A DNA stretch of 42,414 nt, from contig CAYFHS010000016.1 in assembly GCA_964342815.1 (NCBI GenBank), positions 1 to 42,414 of the forward strand, given 5' to 3'. Both the position numbers and the translations under genes were made by a program. The notes beneath the pieces were generated by a model, which did no database searches, had not been told where the DNA came from, and saw only the letters and a list, made by a program, of their open reading frames with translations. Position 1 is the first letter of the stretch, and each line of letters begins with the position of its first letter. The DNA is from an uncultured archaeon (GTDB lineage: Archaea > Thermoplasmatota > Penumbrarchaeia > JASLWR01). Positions 1 through 8,780 of this stretch are shown piece after piece.

Positions 1-88
1 TCCAAGGGAAATCGAAGGTGCAGCAGTATCTCTGATTCTGCGGAACAAAGTGGGCTGGTCTGTATTTCCTAAATGATAAAAAAGAATG

Positions 89-109
89 AGGAGGGGGCAT
101 TACCCTCCT
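89..109. terminator. Hairpin downstream of the wHTH gene pair, probable terminator
   Basis: AGGAGGG-GGCATTA-CCCTCCT (7-bp stem). An A-tract to the left reads as a T-tract on the minus strand, and ATTTT lies to the right. Confidence 0.5.
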
Positions 110-137
110 ATTTTACGACGTTGCAAAATCAATATAT

Positions 138-554
138 TCAGACTTGCCAGTAAACACCCTTCCCCTTAATTTTTTTCTTTTGGATTAAACCCAGCTTATT
201 CATGTTGTTCACATGATAGTCTATCGACCGCTCGGATTTTTTCATGATACCTGCAATATTCCTGGTTGAACGGGATTCTTTCTTGATAAGCTCGAAGATC
301 TTCTGCTGCATAGGCGTAAGCACCATCGAAGGAAGTTCAATCCCGGCCGGATAATAGAATTTGAATATCCCGTGGGGTTTAATTGAAATCAACCCCTCAT
401 CCAGCATCTTTTCCAGATGATAACCCAATCCCCGTTTTGTAAGGTTCAACTTCCTTTTGATCTCACCGAAATGTTTACCAGGATTCTGTACAATGAAATT
501 GAATATATTACATCGATTTTCATTGAAGATCCCATTGGTTTTCAACCTACTCAT
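138..554 (-). CDS. Double winged-HTH transcriptional regulator (COG3398-like)
   Basis: N-terminal ArsR-like HTH (FIVQNPGKHFGEIKRKLNLTKRGLGYHLEKM) and a second C-terminal HTH (LTPMQQKIFELIK...IDYHVNNM). Paralogous to the upstream gene. Confidence 0.8.
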   Translation of the reverse strand: MSRLKTNGIFNENRCNIFNFIVQNPGKHFGEIKRKLNLTKRGLGYHLEKMLDEGLISIKPHGIFKFYYPAGIELPSMVLTPMQQKIFELIKKESRSTRNIAGIMKKSERSIDYHVNNMNKLGLIQKKKIKGKGVYWQV

Positions 555-1026
555 CTCCCATTTTTTCCACGTAAAAATAGTGTTTTCCCTTTACCTGATC
601 GATCCTTACATGCCCGGTCTTGATGAACTTCTTCATATGATAGAAAATTGCTTGACGGGTCTTTCCACATTTCTTTACAATATCCATATATGTGGATCCG
701 GGAGACCTGTTCAGGATGTCGAGTATCTCCTTCTGTTTGGGAGTGAGGCTTTTCGGGATCGTATCATTTATGGCGGAAATGGGATAGAATCGCTTCCAGT
801 AATCGTCGTACTTGGAGAATATTTTCCTACCGTCTTCCAGCTTTGCGATGTGATATGTCAGTCTGCCCGATGTGATTTTCAACCGCCTTAAAATCTCGCT
901 GAAATGTGTTCCAGGGTTCTTTTTTATGAAGGAAAGTATTTTCCTTCTCATCTGTTTTGCAATATCAAGTCTGTTCATTTTATTCCTCGGGTTTTTTTCA
1001 TTTTTTTTAAAAATATTTTTTGCCAA
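547..1026 (-). CDS. Double winged-HTH transcriptional regulator (COG3398-like); ATG at 978 is a likely alternative start
   Basis: FIKKNPGTHFSEILRRLKITSGRLTYHIAKLE and LTPKQKEILDILNRSPG...IFYHMKKF. Overlaps the next gene by 8 nt. Confidence 0.8.
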   Translation of the reverse strand: MAKNIFKKNEKNPRNKMNRLDIAKQMRRKILSFIKKNPGTHFSEILRRLKITSGRLTYHIAKLEDGRKIFSKYDDYWKRFYPISAINDTIPKSLTPKQKEILDILNRSPGSTYMDIVKKCGKTRQAIFYHMKKFIKTGHVRIDQVKGKHYFYVEKMGDE

Positions 1027-1271
1027 ATATCAATTTACTGAAACCCATTTATGTATAAATAAAACATTGGAGCGTGTTTTTTACGCGTATTTATATTTTT
1101 TGGAATGAAGTTTTTACCTTACAACTATCGGTAGAAGGCCAATGCCTATTACTCAGGATGAAATGTACCTGATCGCAGGCCCATGGGGTGTCGATATAAA
1201 AGAAAATGGGAGGAAACTTCACACTACGTTCTGAAATTAGGACAAGAGAAACATCAAATCCGAATCGGTTA

Positions 1272-4200
1272 TTAGCTGGGCGGTGGGTACTGGGGTTGCA
1301 ATGGTAGGCCGGGTTGTTGGTTTATTCCGGCACCACCCGTAACGGCAGGCTGTTCAATGGCAGGGGATGGGGTCTGTTCTTCTTCAGGGTAAACGTAATC
1401 CTGGCAGTTATCACACCAGAAGCATTCATATTCAGGGTAATAAACGGAAATCTGACCACAGGTCGGACAAACCGGTGTTTGGGGCGGGGAGTGCAATGGT
1501 GTCTTGTCCGTCGAAGGTGTTGCTATACCTGCAGTTGTGGATCCATCTTTTTCCGTTCCCATCTCTTCCTGAATGGAAATCCCGGATTCTTCCTTTTTTC
1601 GGTCGATATCCATTTGAATCCTTGTACTCAGGTTTGTGAGACTGGTATTAAGGCCCGCTTCATCTCCTTTGAGATATTCCTTGGCCATTTCCACATCGTC
1701 CTTGTAACCCGACACCTGCATGCCAAGGCTTTCCGCTTCATCGATCAATTTCTTTACTTTCTCCTGCGGGCTTGAAGGAGGTTCCAGCTCAATACTGGGA
1801 GCCGTTGGGGTAGGTTCGGCAGATTTCTTTTTATTCTTATTCACGATAATGACGACTATGATTATTACAGCAATTATCACAACGACTCCAACGGCGCCAA
1901 GGATCATGACCCCGGTTCCCATCTTGCTGTCCGAGCTCTCTCCACCCCCTCCCCCATTCTTAGCCACTATCCCCGAGGATGTGTCCGGAGAGAAAGCCCC
2001 ATAACCTGCGGAATCATACCCAGAGGCAAATTCCTCGTAAACCTCCACCGTCTGCTGTAAGTATGCGAAAGCGAAGAGTTCGAAATCTGTGGAAGGTTCC
2101 AAGCCCAACATGACTAGTGTGTCCAAGGAAACCTCCCAGCTTATGGTGTTTCCTTCGATCTCCGGGCTGCCAAAAAACCCTAACGGATAAGCGAGAAAAC
2201 CATTGTCAAGCACGGAGTCTATCTCGTCTGAGGTCTGGCCGTAGAGGGCATCTTCCACGGAATATCCGCTTTCATTGAAATCGGGGGATACGAGATATAC
2301 GTAATAGGCGACTTCCTCTCTGAGGAGCCACTCTTCGGTGTCATCCAGCGGGTTATAGGAAAACATGTCGTAATCCGTCGGAGGGCCGCGTGTCGTAAGG
2401 TCTACATGAAATGTACTGCCTTCCAATCGGGATGACAGTTTTATGATATCGAGATCCGGACGTTCTCCGAAAGTGGCGGAAATAGGCTCCACATCCATTT
2501 CTTCCGTAAAATAATCGTACGAGTTTATCTTCATATGCCGGTACATTTCGTCCTTTTCATCGTCCGTATAACTCTTCGTGAGATTCTTCCAGAGAGACGG
2601 ATCGAACTCCTCTTCCACTAGTTCAACAAAGGTATAATCAGCGTCCATAGTATCCAGATTATAATCATATTTACCCCAGGCCATTGCCAGGATGCCCATC
2701 CGATCCACGCCTTCAAAGAAGCTGATCTCAAGTCGGGTCGTCAAATCGAGGCTCCATGTACCGTTATCCGGCGTTACTATTCCTTCCACATCATCAATAG
2801 GCTTCCATGTGATATTCGAAGATTCTTCCACGCCATAGTAGAGATATATTATTTCTACACCGTTACCACAGGTTCCGCTTATCACGTATGTGCTGTTTAT
2901 TGTTGAAAGGAATATCCTCTTTTCGAGCTCCACATCCGTTACCTGAGCAGATAATATCTCGATGGCCAAGGAAATATTATCTCCAACAGGCTGTTCGTCC
3001 AGGTTGGAATACCAAACGGGATCGACCGGTTCGGGGGGTTCTTCCTGATATGGCGGCGCGGTCACATTGATCTCAATAGAGGAAATATCCACAAACTCCG
3101 AGTCGTTCACCTCTAATCGGACCATGTAAATACCGGCTTCCGCATATGTATGGGTCACCGACAGCATATCGAAGCCGATGCTGTCATTCCCGTCACCGAA
3201 GCTCCACAGATATGTGAGGGAAACACCTTCCTCGTCATAGGCCGCATCCGTCTCAAGTACCACCGTCAGGCTCTCATTACCACCCGATACGAGACGGATG
3301 GGTTGTGCAACAGGAGGATCATTCAGGTCGGTAATATCCACTTTGATGGTCTGCGTGTCGTTTAAGAGGCCGTCCGATACCATTACATCGAAGGTTTCGA
3401 TGTGCAGCGTTCCGTCGTCGGAATAGTAGTGAAGAAGACCTTCTGTGGAATTATAGAAAAGGCGGGAGCTCTCGGATGATACTGAAATATTCAGTTCATC
3501 GGTTGAATTATCCACATCGGAGACGTTGAAAGTGATGTCATACGTCTTTTCTTCTTCCGGGAAAAGCCAGAAGACGTCCGGCGTAAGCACACCCCCGATA
3601 TCGTCGAACACGGGTCCGTCATTGACCGGGGTTACGCTGATATTGAGTGAGAAAATCTTGGTGAAATTAAAATAATCCCTGCAGTGAAATATGGCCGTGG
3701 TATTGCCCGCCCAGTTTTCCGCAGGCGTTATTGCAGCGATTCCGGTCTGATCGATATCAATGGTGATGTTACTTTCATTACGGCTTCCGTTGGAGCTACA
3801 TATGAAGGTCCGGGGTTCACCCCCTTTGAAAACAGTGGTCAGATCAAAATTGCCAGGCGTATCTTCAGCTGTGGAGAAATTCGCCGATGTGGCATTGAGG
3901 GCCACGGGCCGGACGTTCCCGAAATTCTTTCCGTCGATGGTGAGTAGATACGTGTAGTTGAACACGGTGAGATCCTCGTTTGTAAATTCTATAATGTATG
4001 TCCCATCCTCGGGAACTTTGATGCCAGTATATACGTATTCAGGGCTGCTGTGATGAGTATCTGCCAGATCGTCTCCGTTTTCATCATAAATTTCGATACT
4101 CGCGTCCCAATCACCCGGTTCGGTGACGAGTATGGAGACATTTAGCTCATCATCCTGTGTCAAATTTATCTTGAAATAATCGAATTCATCGAAAGAACTG

Positions 4201-5111
4201 TCGAAAGTTCCGTTGTGAATACCCAGTGCGACGTAAGAAGCCTTCTCCATGGACCAGTCCTCGTCACGGGAAAGGTCCGGTGTCACGTTCACAGTCAGGT
4301 CATAGAGAGCATAATCACCTTGTGGCATAAAGAATTCAAAGGTAATGACGATATAATAGTAGCCCGTCTGATTTGCCACGAACCGGACCGTTTCACCCTT
4401 GTTGGGATCTCCCGACATGAACGTGTTGGAATCCGCCCTCCTGACTTTCAAAGGATCGTATACTGCTACGTTCACGTCCGTGAAGTTGTTAAGACGGACG
4501 TTCAGGCCTTCCCCGTGTGTTTCGTTGGCGTTTACCTGGATCTTATATATGTCGTAACAATCGGTTGTTCTATTTACCCTTTCCTTGTAGGTATTTCCCC
4601 CCGTCACTTCCGGTGCCTCCGTTATGTTGTTGTTACCGTCGGGGATTTGAACGACATTTTGTAGGCTCACGTTCACCTGATATGCTGAATTGACCGCATT
4701 CTCGGTGGCTAACGACAGATAATAATAATCTTCCGTGGGAGCCCAGAAGTGGCATTTAACTTCCTGCCCGCCACCTGCTGCTCCACCTCCGAGAAAAAGA
4801 AATCGGTCTGCCGTATAAATACCCATATAAACGAACGTAGCAGGTGTCGTAGCCCGCAGCGTAATAGTCGTATTGACACATTCACCCTGGTTGGGCGAGA
4901 TATGGAATTTGAAAAAATCCACCATATCAGTGTTGAAATTCACGCTATCTGAAGTTACCGTGCCGTCCGTTGGAATTTCCTGGGCCGTTGCAAAGCTCTC
5001 GTTACCATCTCCGCGTCCCTGATGTCTGTGGCTGACGGATAACGGAGATACCGCTGACAGAATAATCGTCAATGCGAAAATTACACAATATATTCGTTCT
5101 TTCATTCGCAT
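1272..5111 (-). CDS. Large single-pass surface protein: signal peptide, PPC-like repeats, cadherin-like and PKD domains, C-terminal TM, Pro-rich tail with Zn ribbon
   Basis: Hydrophobic N-terminus. PPC-type motifs (NESFATAQEI...DMVDFFKF; DCYDIYKI; DEFDYFKI). VTPVNDGP and ITDLNDPP cadherin-like motifs. PKD motif (YLWSFGDG...THTYAEAGIY). TM followed by KNKKK, then CPTCG...CDNC. SD GAGGTGA upstream. Confidence 0.85.
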   Translation of the reverse strand: MRMKERIYCVIFALTIILSAVSPLSVSHRHQGRGDGNESFATAQEIPTDGTVTSDSVNFNTDMVDFFKFHISPNQGECVNTTITLRATTPATFVYMGIYTADRFLFLGGGAAGGGQEVKCHFWAPTEDYYYLSLATENAVNSAYQVNVSLQNVVQIPDGNNNITEAPEVTGGNTYKERVNRTTDCYDIYKIQVNANETHGEGLNVRLNNFTDVNVAVYDPLKVRRADSNTFMSGDPNKGETVRFVANQTGYYYIVITFEFFMPQGDYALYDLTVNVTPDLSRDEDWSMEKASYVALGIHNGTFDSSFDEFDYFKINLTQDDELNVSILVTEPGDWDASIEIYDENGDDLADTHHSSPEYVYTGIKVPEDGTYIIEFTNEDLTVFNYTYLLTIDGKNFGNVRPVALNATSANFSTAEDTPGNFDLTTVFKGGEPRTFICSSNGSRNESNITIDIDQTGIAAITPAENWAGNTTAIFHCRDYFNFTKIFSLNISVTPVNDGPVFDDIGGVLTPDVFWLFPEEEKTYDITFNVSDVDNSTDELNISVSSESSRLFYNSTEGLLHYYSDDGTLHIETFDVMVSDGLLNDTQTIKVDITDLNDPPVAQPIRLVSGGNESLTVVLETDAAYDEEGVSLTYLWSFGDGNDSIGFDMLSVTHTYAEAGIYMVRLEVNDSEFVDISSIEINVTAPPYQEEPPEPVDPVWYSNLDEQPVGDNISLAIEILSAQVTDVELEKRIFLSTINSTYVISGTCGNGVEIIYLYYGVEESSNITWKPIDDVEGIVTPDNGTWSLDLTTRLEISFFEGVDRMGILAMAWGKYDYNLDTMDADYTFVELVEEEFDPSLWKNLTKSYTDDEKDEMYRHMKINSYDYFTEEMDVEPISATFGERPDLDIIKLSSRLEGSTFHVDLTTRGPPTDYDMFSYNPLDDTEEWLLREEVAYYVYLVSPDFNESGYSVEDALYGQTSDEIDSVLDNGFLAYPLGFFGSPEIEGNTISWEVSLDTLVMLGLEPSTDFELFAFAYLQQTVEVYEEFASGYDSAGYGAFSPDTSSGIVAKNGGGGGESSDSKMGTGVMILGAVGVVVIIAVIIIVVIIVNKNKKKSAEPTPTAPSIELEPPSSPQEKVKKLIDEAESLGMQVSGYKDDVEMAKEYLKGDEAGLNTSLTNLSTRIQMDIDRKKEESGISIQEEMGTEKDGSTTAGIATPSTDKTPLHSPPQTPVCPTCGQISVYYPEYECFWCDNCQDYVYPEEEQTPSPAIEQPAVTGGAGINQQPGLPLQPQYPPPS

Positions 5112-5143
5112 GTTACATTCACCTCTCTTTTTCGATTGGATAG

Positions 5144-5154
5144 TTATTATAGTA
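5144..5154 (-). promoter_or_regulatory. TATA-like promoter element of the 1272-5111 gene
   Basis: TACTATAATAA on the minus strand, 33-43 nt upstream of the start. An identical 11-mer lies at 8974-8984. Confidence 0.45.
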
Positions 5155-5443
5155 TAATGATTTTATACGTGTAAATTTAACCATTAAGAGAATGGAATTT
5201 CCTGCCTAATAAAGATTTGGAATGGAATAAATAAATAAAAAATTCTATTAATTCGAGAAATTATCGAGCACCATTGAGAATCGATATACAATTCATCTGC
5301 TCCCAGGGAATCGGATAATTGATCCACTCTGCTATAAAGCGTCCTTTTTATCTTCTTCAGAAGGGAGAAAGTCTCTAGGGACGGATGAAGCCGAAAAACC
5401 CAAAAGATTTATAGTAATCCATCACCATCACTGCCTCGATACC

Positions 5444-5677
5444 ATGGTGGAACGAAGGTCGAAATCGAAAGCAGGAGATACATGTTCCGCGGACAAATGC
5501 GATGAGCCCAGCAAGAGATCGCTTCCCCAAAAGAAGGTAAGGAAAGGCTTGCCGGATTTGAAGTTCACCACTGGAGCCGGGAGAGTTCACCTCTGTCGAA
5601 AACATTACAAGGAATACAAGAAGGCCACAAAGAGCGAGCGCACAATGGACCGACTGGGGATTATGGGCGGGAAATAG
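5444..5677 (+). CDS. Small conserved archaeal putative Zn-binding protein of unknown function
   Basis: C-x4-C (CSADKC) plus LCRKHYKEYKK and a basic C-terminus. Resembles a family I recall from Thermoplasmata/Nitrososphaeria (not verified by search). Confidence 0.7.
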   Translation: MVERRSKSKAGDTCSADKCDEPSKRSLPQKKVRKGLPDLKFTTGAGRVHLCRKHYKEYKKATKSERTMDRLGIMGGK

Positions 5678-5726
5678 TTTTTTATTTTGTCGCACTTTGA
5701 CGCTCTGTTTGACTTTATTGTAAAAA

Positions 5727-5746
5727 GAGGGGGTCTGACAGCCCTC
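5727..5746 (-). terminator. Hairpin terminator after polB2
   Basis: GAGGG...CCCTC stem followed by TTTTT on the minus strand, between convergent genes. Confidence 0.45.
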
Positions 5747-5768
5747 GAAGCATAGATTTTTTTTATTT

Positions 5769-7991
5769 TCACGATACCCGAGCCTGGCCATTCTGCGAAA
5801 TAAAATCAAGCAGCGTGGTTCCCGCTTCGAGCTTTCTCATTATTCTCTTCTCCGTCCATCCGAATGGGAGAAGCAGCGATTCAAGGGTCCTCGCAAGAAA
5901 CACCCGGTAGATATTCGGGTCGTAGCGCGTATCCGACCGGATAAACTCCTCGGGGACCAACCTCTTTTTGGGATCACGAGAGGTCGAATCGGTTATCACG
6001 AATTTAATCTTCTGTCCGGGAACCACCCTTATACCCTCGCCCTTCAGCACCGAAAGGCAGCATCTCTGATCGTTCATCGTGGAGTAATCCGAGAGTTCTT
6101 TCGATACAACCTTACAGATCACCAGATCCAAGGCCTCCACCTCTCTGTGCTGCAGCATGCAATCGGCCTCTTTCGCCAGTTCCAAGCATTTCGGAATGAT
6201 TTCCATGACCCTCTCTTTTGTATCGGCTCTGCCCATTAACTCCAAGATCTTCTCCTGGAAATCGCAGAAGAACTTTGGGGTATCCCTCCTCCTGAGATAA
6301 ACACCCCTGACCTTGAAATCGCCGTTCTCGAACATCCCGTAATACTTGTTCAGAGCTCCGGTCCCATTGCTTTTGTTTGGCAGGAACACGATCCATTTGT
6401 AGGTTCCCTCCACCTCCATGGGTATTCCTATCCGACTGCCTATCTCTTCCGCCGCTTCCACAGCCCTTGCAGGGTCTCCCTTCAGCCACAGAGAATCCAC
6501 GATACCGTGCAGTATCTCAAGTCCGTGGTCCTGCGCGATCTCCATGGCATCCAGAAGTATTTCCCGTCCGTAAGCGGTTATTGCCTCGTGGCATTCGATC
6601 TTGCCGAACCTCGCGTTCTTGTATCCCGTGTAACCGAAACAGGTCACCAGAAGCCACTTGAATATATTCGCGATACTACCTGCCCGAGCGGCATCGCTTC
6701 CCCCCGCTCTCGCCTTGCGCTTGAAATGCACCCTCCGATGTATCAGAGGGGTGATGACCCTTTTAAGAAGTCCGTCTCTCCGGCTGCATATATGATATCC
6801 CAGCACGGGAACCCGCTGCGATGAGTCGGGGCAGCAGTCACATAGCATGGTCTCCGGGGAGATGTTGTAATTGGAGATTATGAATGGATACAGCGACGTG
6901 AAGTCAAGCTCCGTAACAGTTTCAAAAATTCCCACTTTCGGGTCGAATATGAAACCACCCCGATCCGATCTTAAAAGATCCCTGGCTGTCTTGAAGCTCT
7001 CCGGCTGGTTTTTTTTCCACATTATCAAATAGCCATCCGCCATTGCCTGACGCATCTGCATTGCCGAGATGGCGGTTCCCGGCGACAGCCGAGATAACTG
7101 CTGGGCCGCAATTCCCGAAAGTCTTGAAAGATCCACGAGACCGGAAAGCTCGCTCTCACGGTAAAAAAAACTCTGGCGATCTATGTGCGCCCTTCCCTTG
7201 AGACAGAAGGGAGCGGGCTTGTAAACGATCCTGCCGTAGGTGAAATACGACCTCTCGCGCGTCACGAGGTCTTCCTTTACCTTGCCATCGCGCCCCAGGG
7301 ACAACGGGACACCGGCGCGAAGAGCACGGGCGTGCAGGTAGGGCATTAGAGAATAGTCGCCGCCGTCGGTAAATATAATATCGGGGTCGGATTCCTTCAC
7401 GAGAGCGTCAAGGTTTCCAAGTATCTCGGAGTCGCTGCCCGACAGCTTTTCATCGCCCGCTATCAGGCCCACCACCGGCTTTTCGGTGTTACACAGACCA
7501 CGGAAATTTTTTTTTATTACGAAAGTGCGGAAATCGGGTACGGGATACTCCTGGGACCAGATATCATCCATGAGCTTTAACTCGTCCCCTATCTTCACGA
7601 GAGCATTGGGGAACAATCCCTTTTCGATAAGGTAGCGGAAGGGCAGAGAAGGGTCAACGTTATACAAAGTATAGTCCCGGTGTCGGCCCCGGGCGTCTAT
7701 CTGCCTTGCCACGGAACCCAAGGAACGATAGGAGCTGAAACCTATCTCAAGCACTTTTCTTGGATCATGATCCCGCAAATCAGTTAACTTTTCGATAATT
7801 TCAAGGTGTTTTACGGCATGGTTACAACCCAGTTCGTCCCGGATCTTTTTCAGTTCGGGAATGCTTCCGCTGGCGTATATGCAGGGAGTGAAATCCTCTT
7901 CCCTGCGCACAGCGCCCCTTTCCGTGAGAAGCCAGGTGACCATTACATTCTGCCGGTAGTCCGGGTAGATGTCGAATATCCAGCCTTCCAC
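5769..7991 (-). CDS. polB2: Family B DNA polymerase, PolB2 (Dpo2-like) group
   Basis: Motif A DFTSLYP. Motif B KWLLVTCFGYTGY. Motif C variant HGIVDS. CDCC...C insertion and a degenerate exonuclease region, typical of PolB2. GTG start with SD GGAGGTGA. Confidence 0.9.
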   Translation of the reverse strand: MEGWIFDIYPDYRQNVMVTWLLTERGAVRREEDFTPCIYASGSIPELKKIRDELGCNHAVKHLEIIEKLTDLRDHDPRKVLEIGFSSYRSLGSVARQIDARGRHRDYTLYNVDPSLPFRYLIEKGLFPNALVKIGDELKLMDDIWSQEYPVPDFRTFVIKKNFRGLCNTEKPVVGLIAGDEKLSGSDSEILGNLDALVKESDPDIIFTDGGDYSLMPYLHARALRAGVPLSLGRDGKVKEDLVTRERSYFTYGRIVYKPAPFCLKGRAHIDRQSFFYRESELSGLVDLSRLSGIAAQQLSRLSPGTAISAMQMRQAMADGYLIMWKKNQPESFKTARDLLRSDRGGFIFDPKVGIFETVTELDFTSLYPFIISNYNISPETMLCDCCPDSSQRVPVLGYHICSRRDGLLKRVITPLIHRRVHFKRKARAGGSDAARAGSIANIFKWLLVTCFGYTGYKNARFGKIECHEAITAYGREILLDAMEIAQDHGLEILHGIVDSLWLKGDPARAVEAAEEIGSRIGIPMEVEGTYKWIVFLPNKSNGTGALNKYYGMFENGDFKVRGVYLRRRDTPKFFCDFQEKILELMGRADTKERVMEIIPKCLELAKEADCMLQHREVEALDLVICKVVSKELSDYSTMNDQRCCLSVLKGEGIRVVPGQKIKFVITDSTSRDPKKRLVPEEFIRSDTRYDPNIYRVFLARTLESLLLPFGWTEKRIMRKLEAGTTLLDFISQNGQARVS

Positions 7992-8050
7992 GTGACCATC
8001 ACCTCCTTCGGGATCAATCTTAAGGTCGGGACACTACGCCCCAGTGACAT
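7943..8050 (-). pseudogene. Possible truncated remnant of the small PolB2-associated gene (arCOG07300-like)
   Basis: 35-aa ORF not in the track: MSLGRSVPTLRLIPKEVMVTWKAG... It matches the recalled family N-terminus MGRTVPSFR-x9-W and sits at the expected position between the radA-like gene and polB2. Confidence 0.45.
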
Positions 8051-8709
8051 TCAAATTCGTCCAGTATCGTTTGATACGGCGGTACCGGTCGATGATCCGC
8101 TACGATCCCCGCACCAAGGTCACGGAGCTGTATCCCTTTTCTCAGGCGTGCTAATCCGACATGACGATGGCAGATGTTCGTGAGAATATCACCGAGGTAC
8201 CTCCCGCTGGGCCTTGCGATATCGCTTATGACGGTAACGAGATCGAAGCGATTTGTTAGCTCACCTATGATGTGGGACGCCCGCCTCAACATCACCTTCG
8301 CCTCCTTGTGCCGCATGTCCCGGTCCTGATAAAGATACTGGATCCCGGATACTACCAGCAGTGAGGCGTCTTGTACTCTTCCTTCAAGAGCACCGTCGAT
8401 GATAGCAGACATCTGGTATGCCGTGAAGGCCCTGCACACAGAGACACGCTCCAGAGCGCCGTTGAGGTCCATCCTGAACCTCTTCATTGCCCGGACCATC
8501 CGATACGGGTTGAGCATGTTGCAGCCGTCCACATGCACCGCACGGGTTCTGGGATCCCGGAGTGCGGCCGCGATGATCCTGTACGTTACGTCGAAGAGGA
8601 AAGATGTGGAGGATTCGATGTACGTTATGGTTCCGGCCTTAAGCGGCCCGAAGAACCGATCCAGGCCCGGCTCCCCGAAGGACAAGCACGACGTAGTTCC
8701 CGTAGCCAT
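8020..8709 (-). CDS. Inactivated RadA/RecA-like P-loop protein associated with PolB2
   Basis: FGEPGLDRFFGPLKAGTITYIES (RadA N-terminus with degenerate Walker A), VHVDGCNMLNPY and RAFTAYQM. Directly upstream of polB2. Confidence 0.85.
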   Translation of the reverse strand: MATGTTSCLSFGEPGLDRFFGPLKAGTITYIESSTSFLFDVTYRIIAAALRDPRTRAVHVDGCNMLNPYRMVRAMKRFRMDLNGALERVSVCRAFTAYQMSAIIDGALEGRVQDASLLVVSGIQYLYQDRDMRHKEAKVMLRRASHIIGELTNRFDLVTVISDIARPSGRYLGDILTNICHRHVGLARLRKGIQLRDLGAGIVADHRPVPPYQTILDEFECHWGVVSRP

Positions 8710-8780
8710 TTTTTTTTCATATCTAGACGACCGGCATTATATCCACCCCTGGCTGTGCAGCTTATGGATCATCAGATCAA

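Noticed and set aside
1-76. 3' end of a plus-strand gene at the window edge
   Set aside because: Too short; more than one frame ends with a stop here and no motif is recognisable.
1154-1173. TCAGG-ATGAAATGTA-CCTGA resembling a C/D-box K-loop
   Set aside because: Imperfect C box, no second box pair or guide regions; probably a chance hairpin.
6490-6520. PolB motif C reads HGIVDS instead of YGDTDS, which might suggest a new inactive polymerase
   Set aside because: This substitution is the known signature of the PolB2 group, not a novelty.
8769-8775. CTGATGA on the minus strand (hammerhead core or C box) next to the structured element
   Set aside because: No stem II followed by GAAA and no downstream D box at a proper distance.
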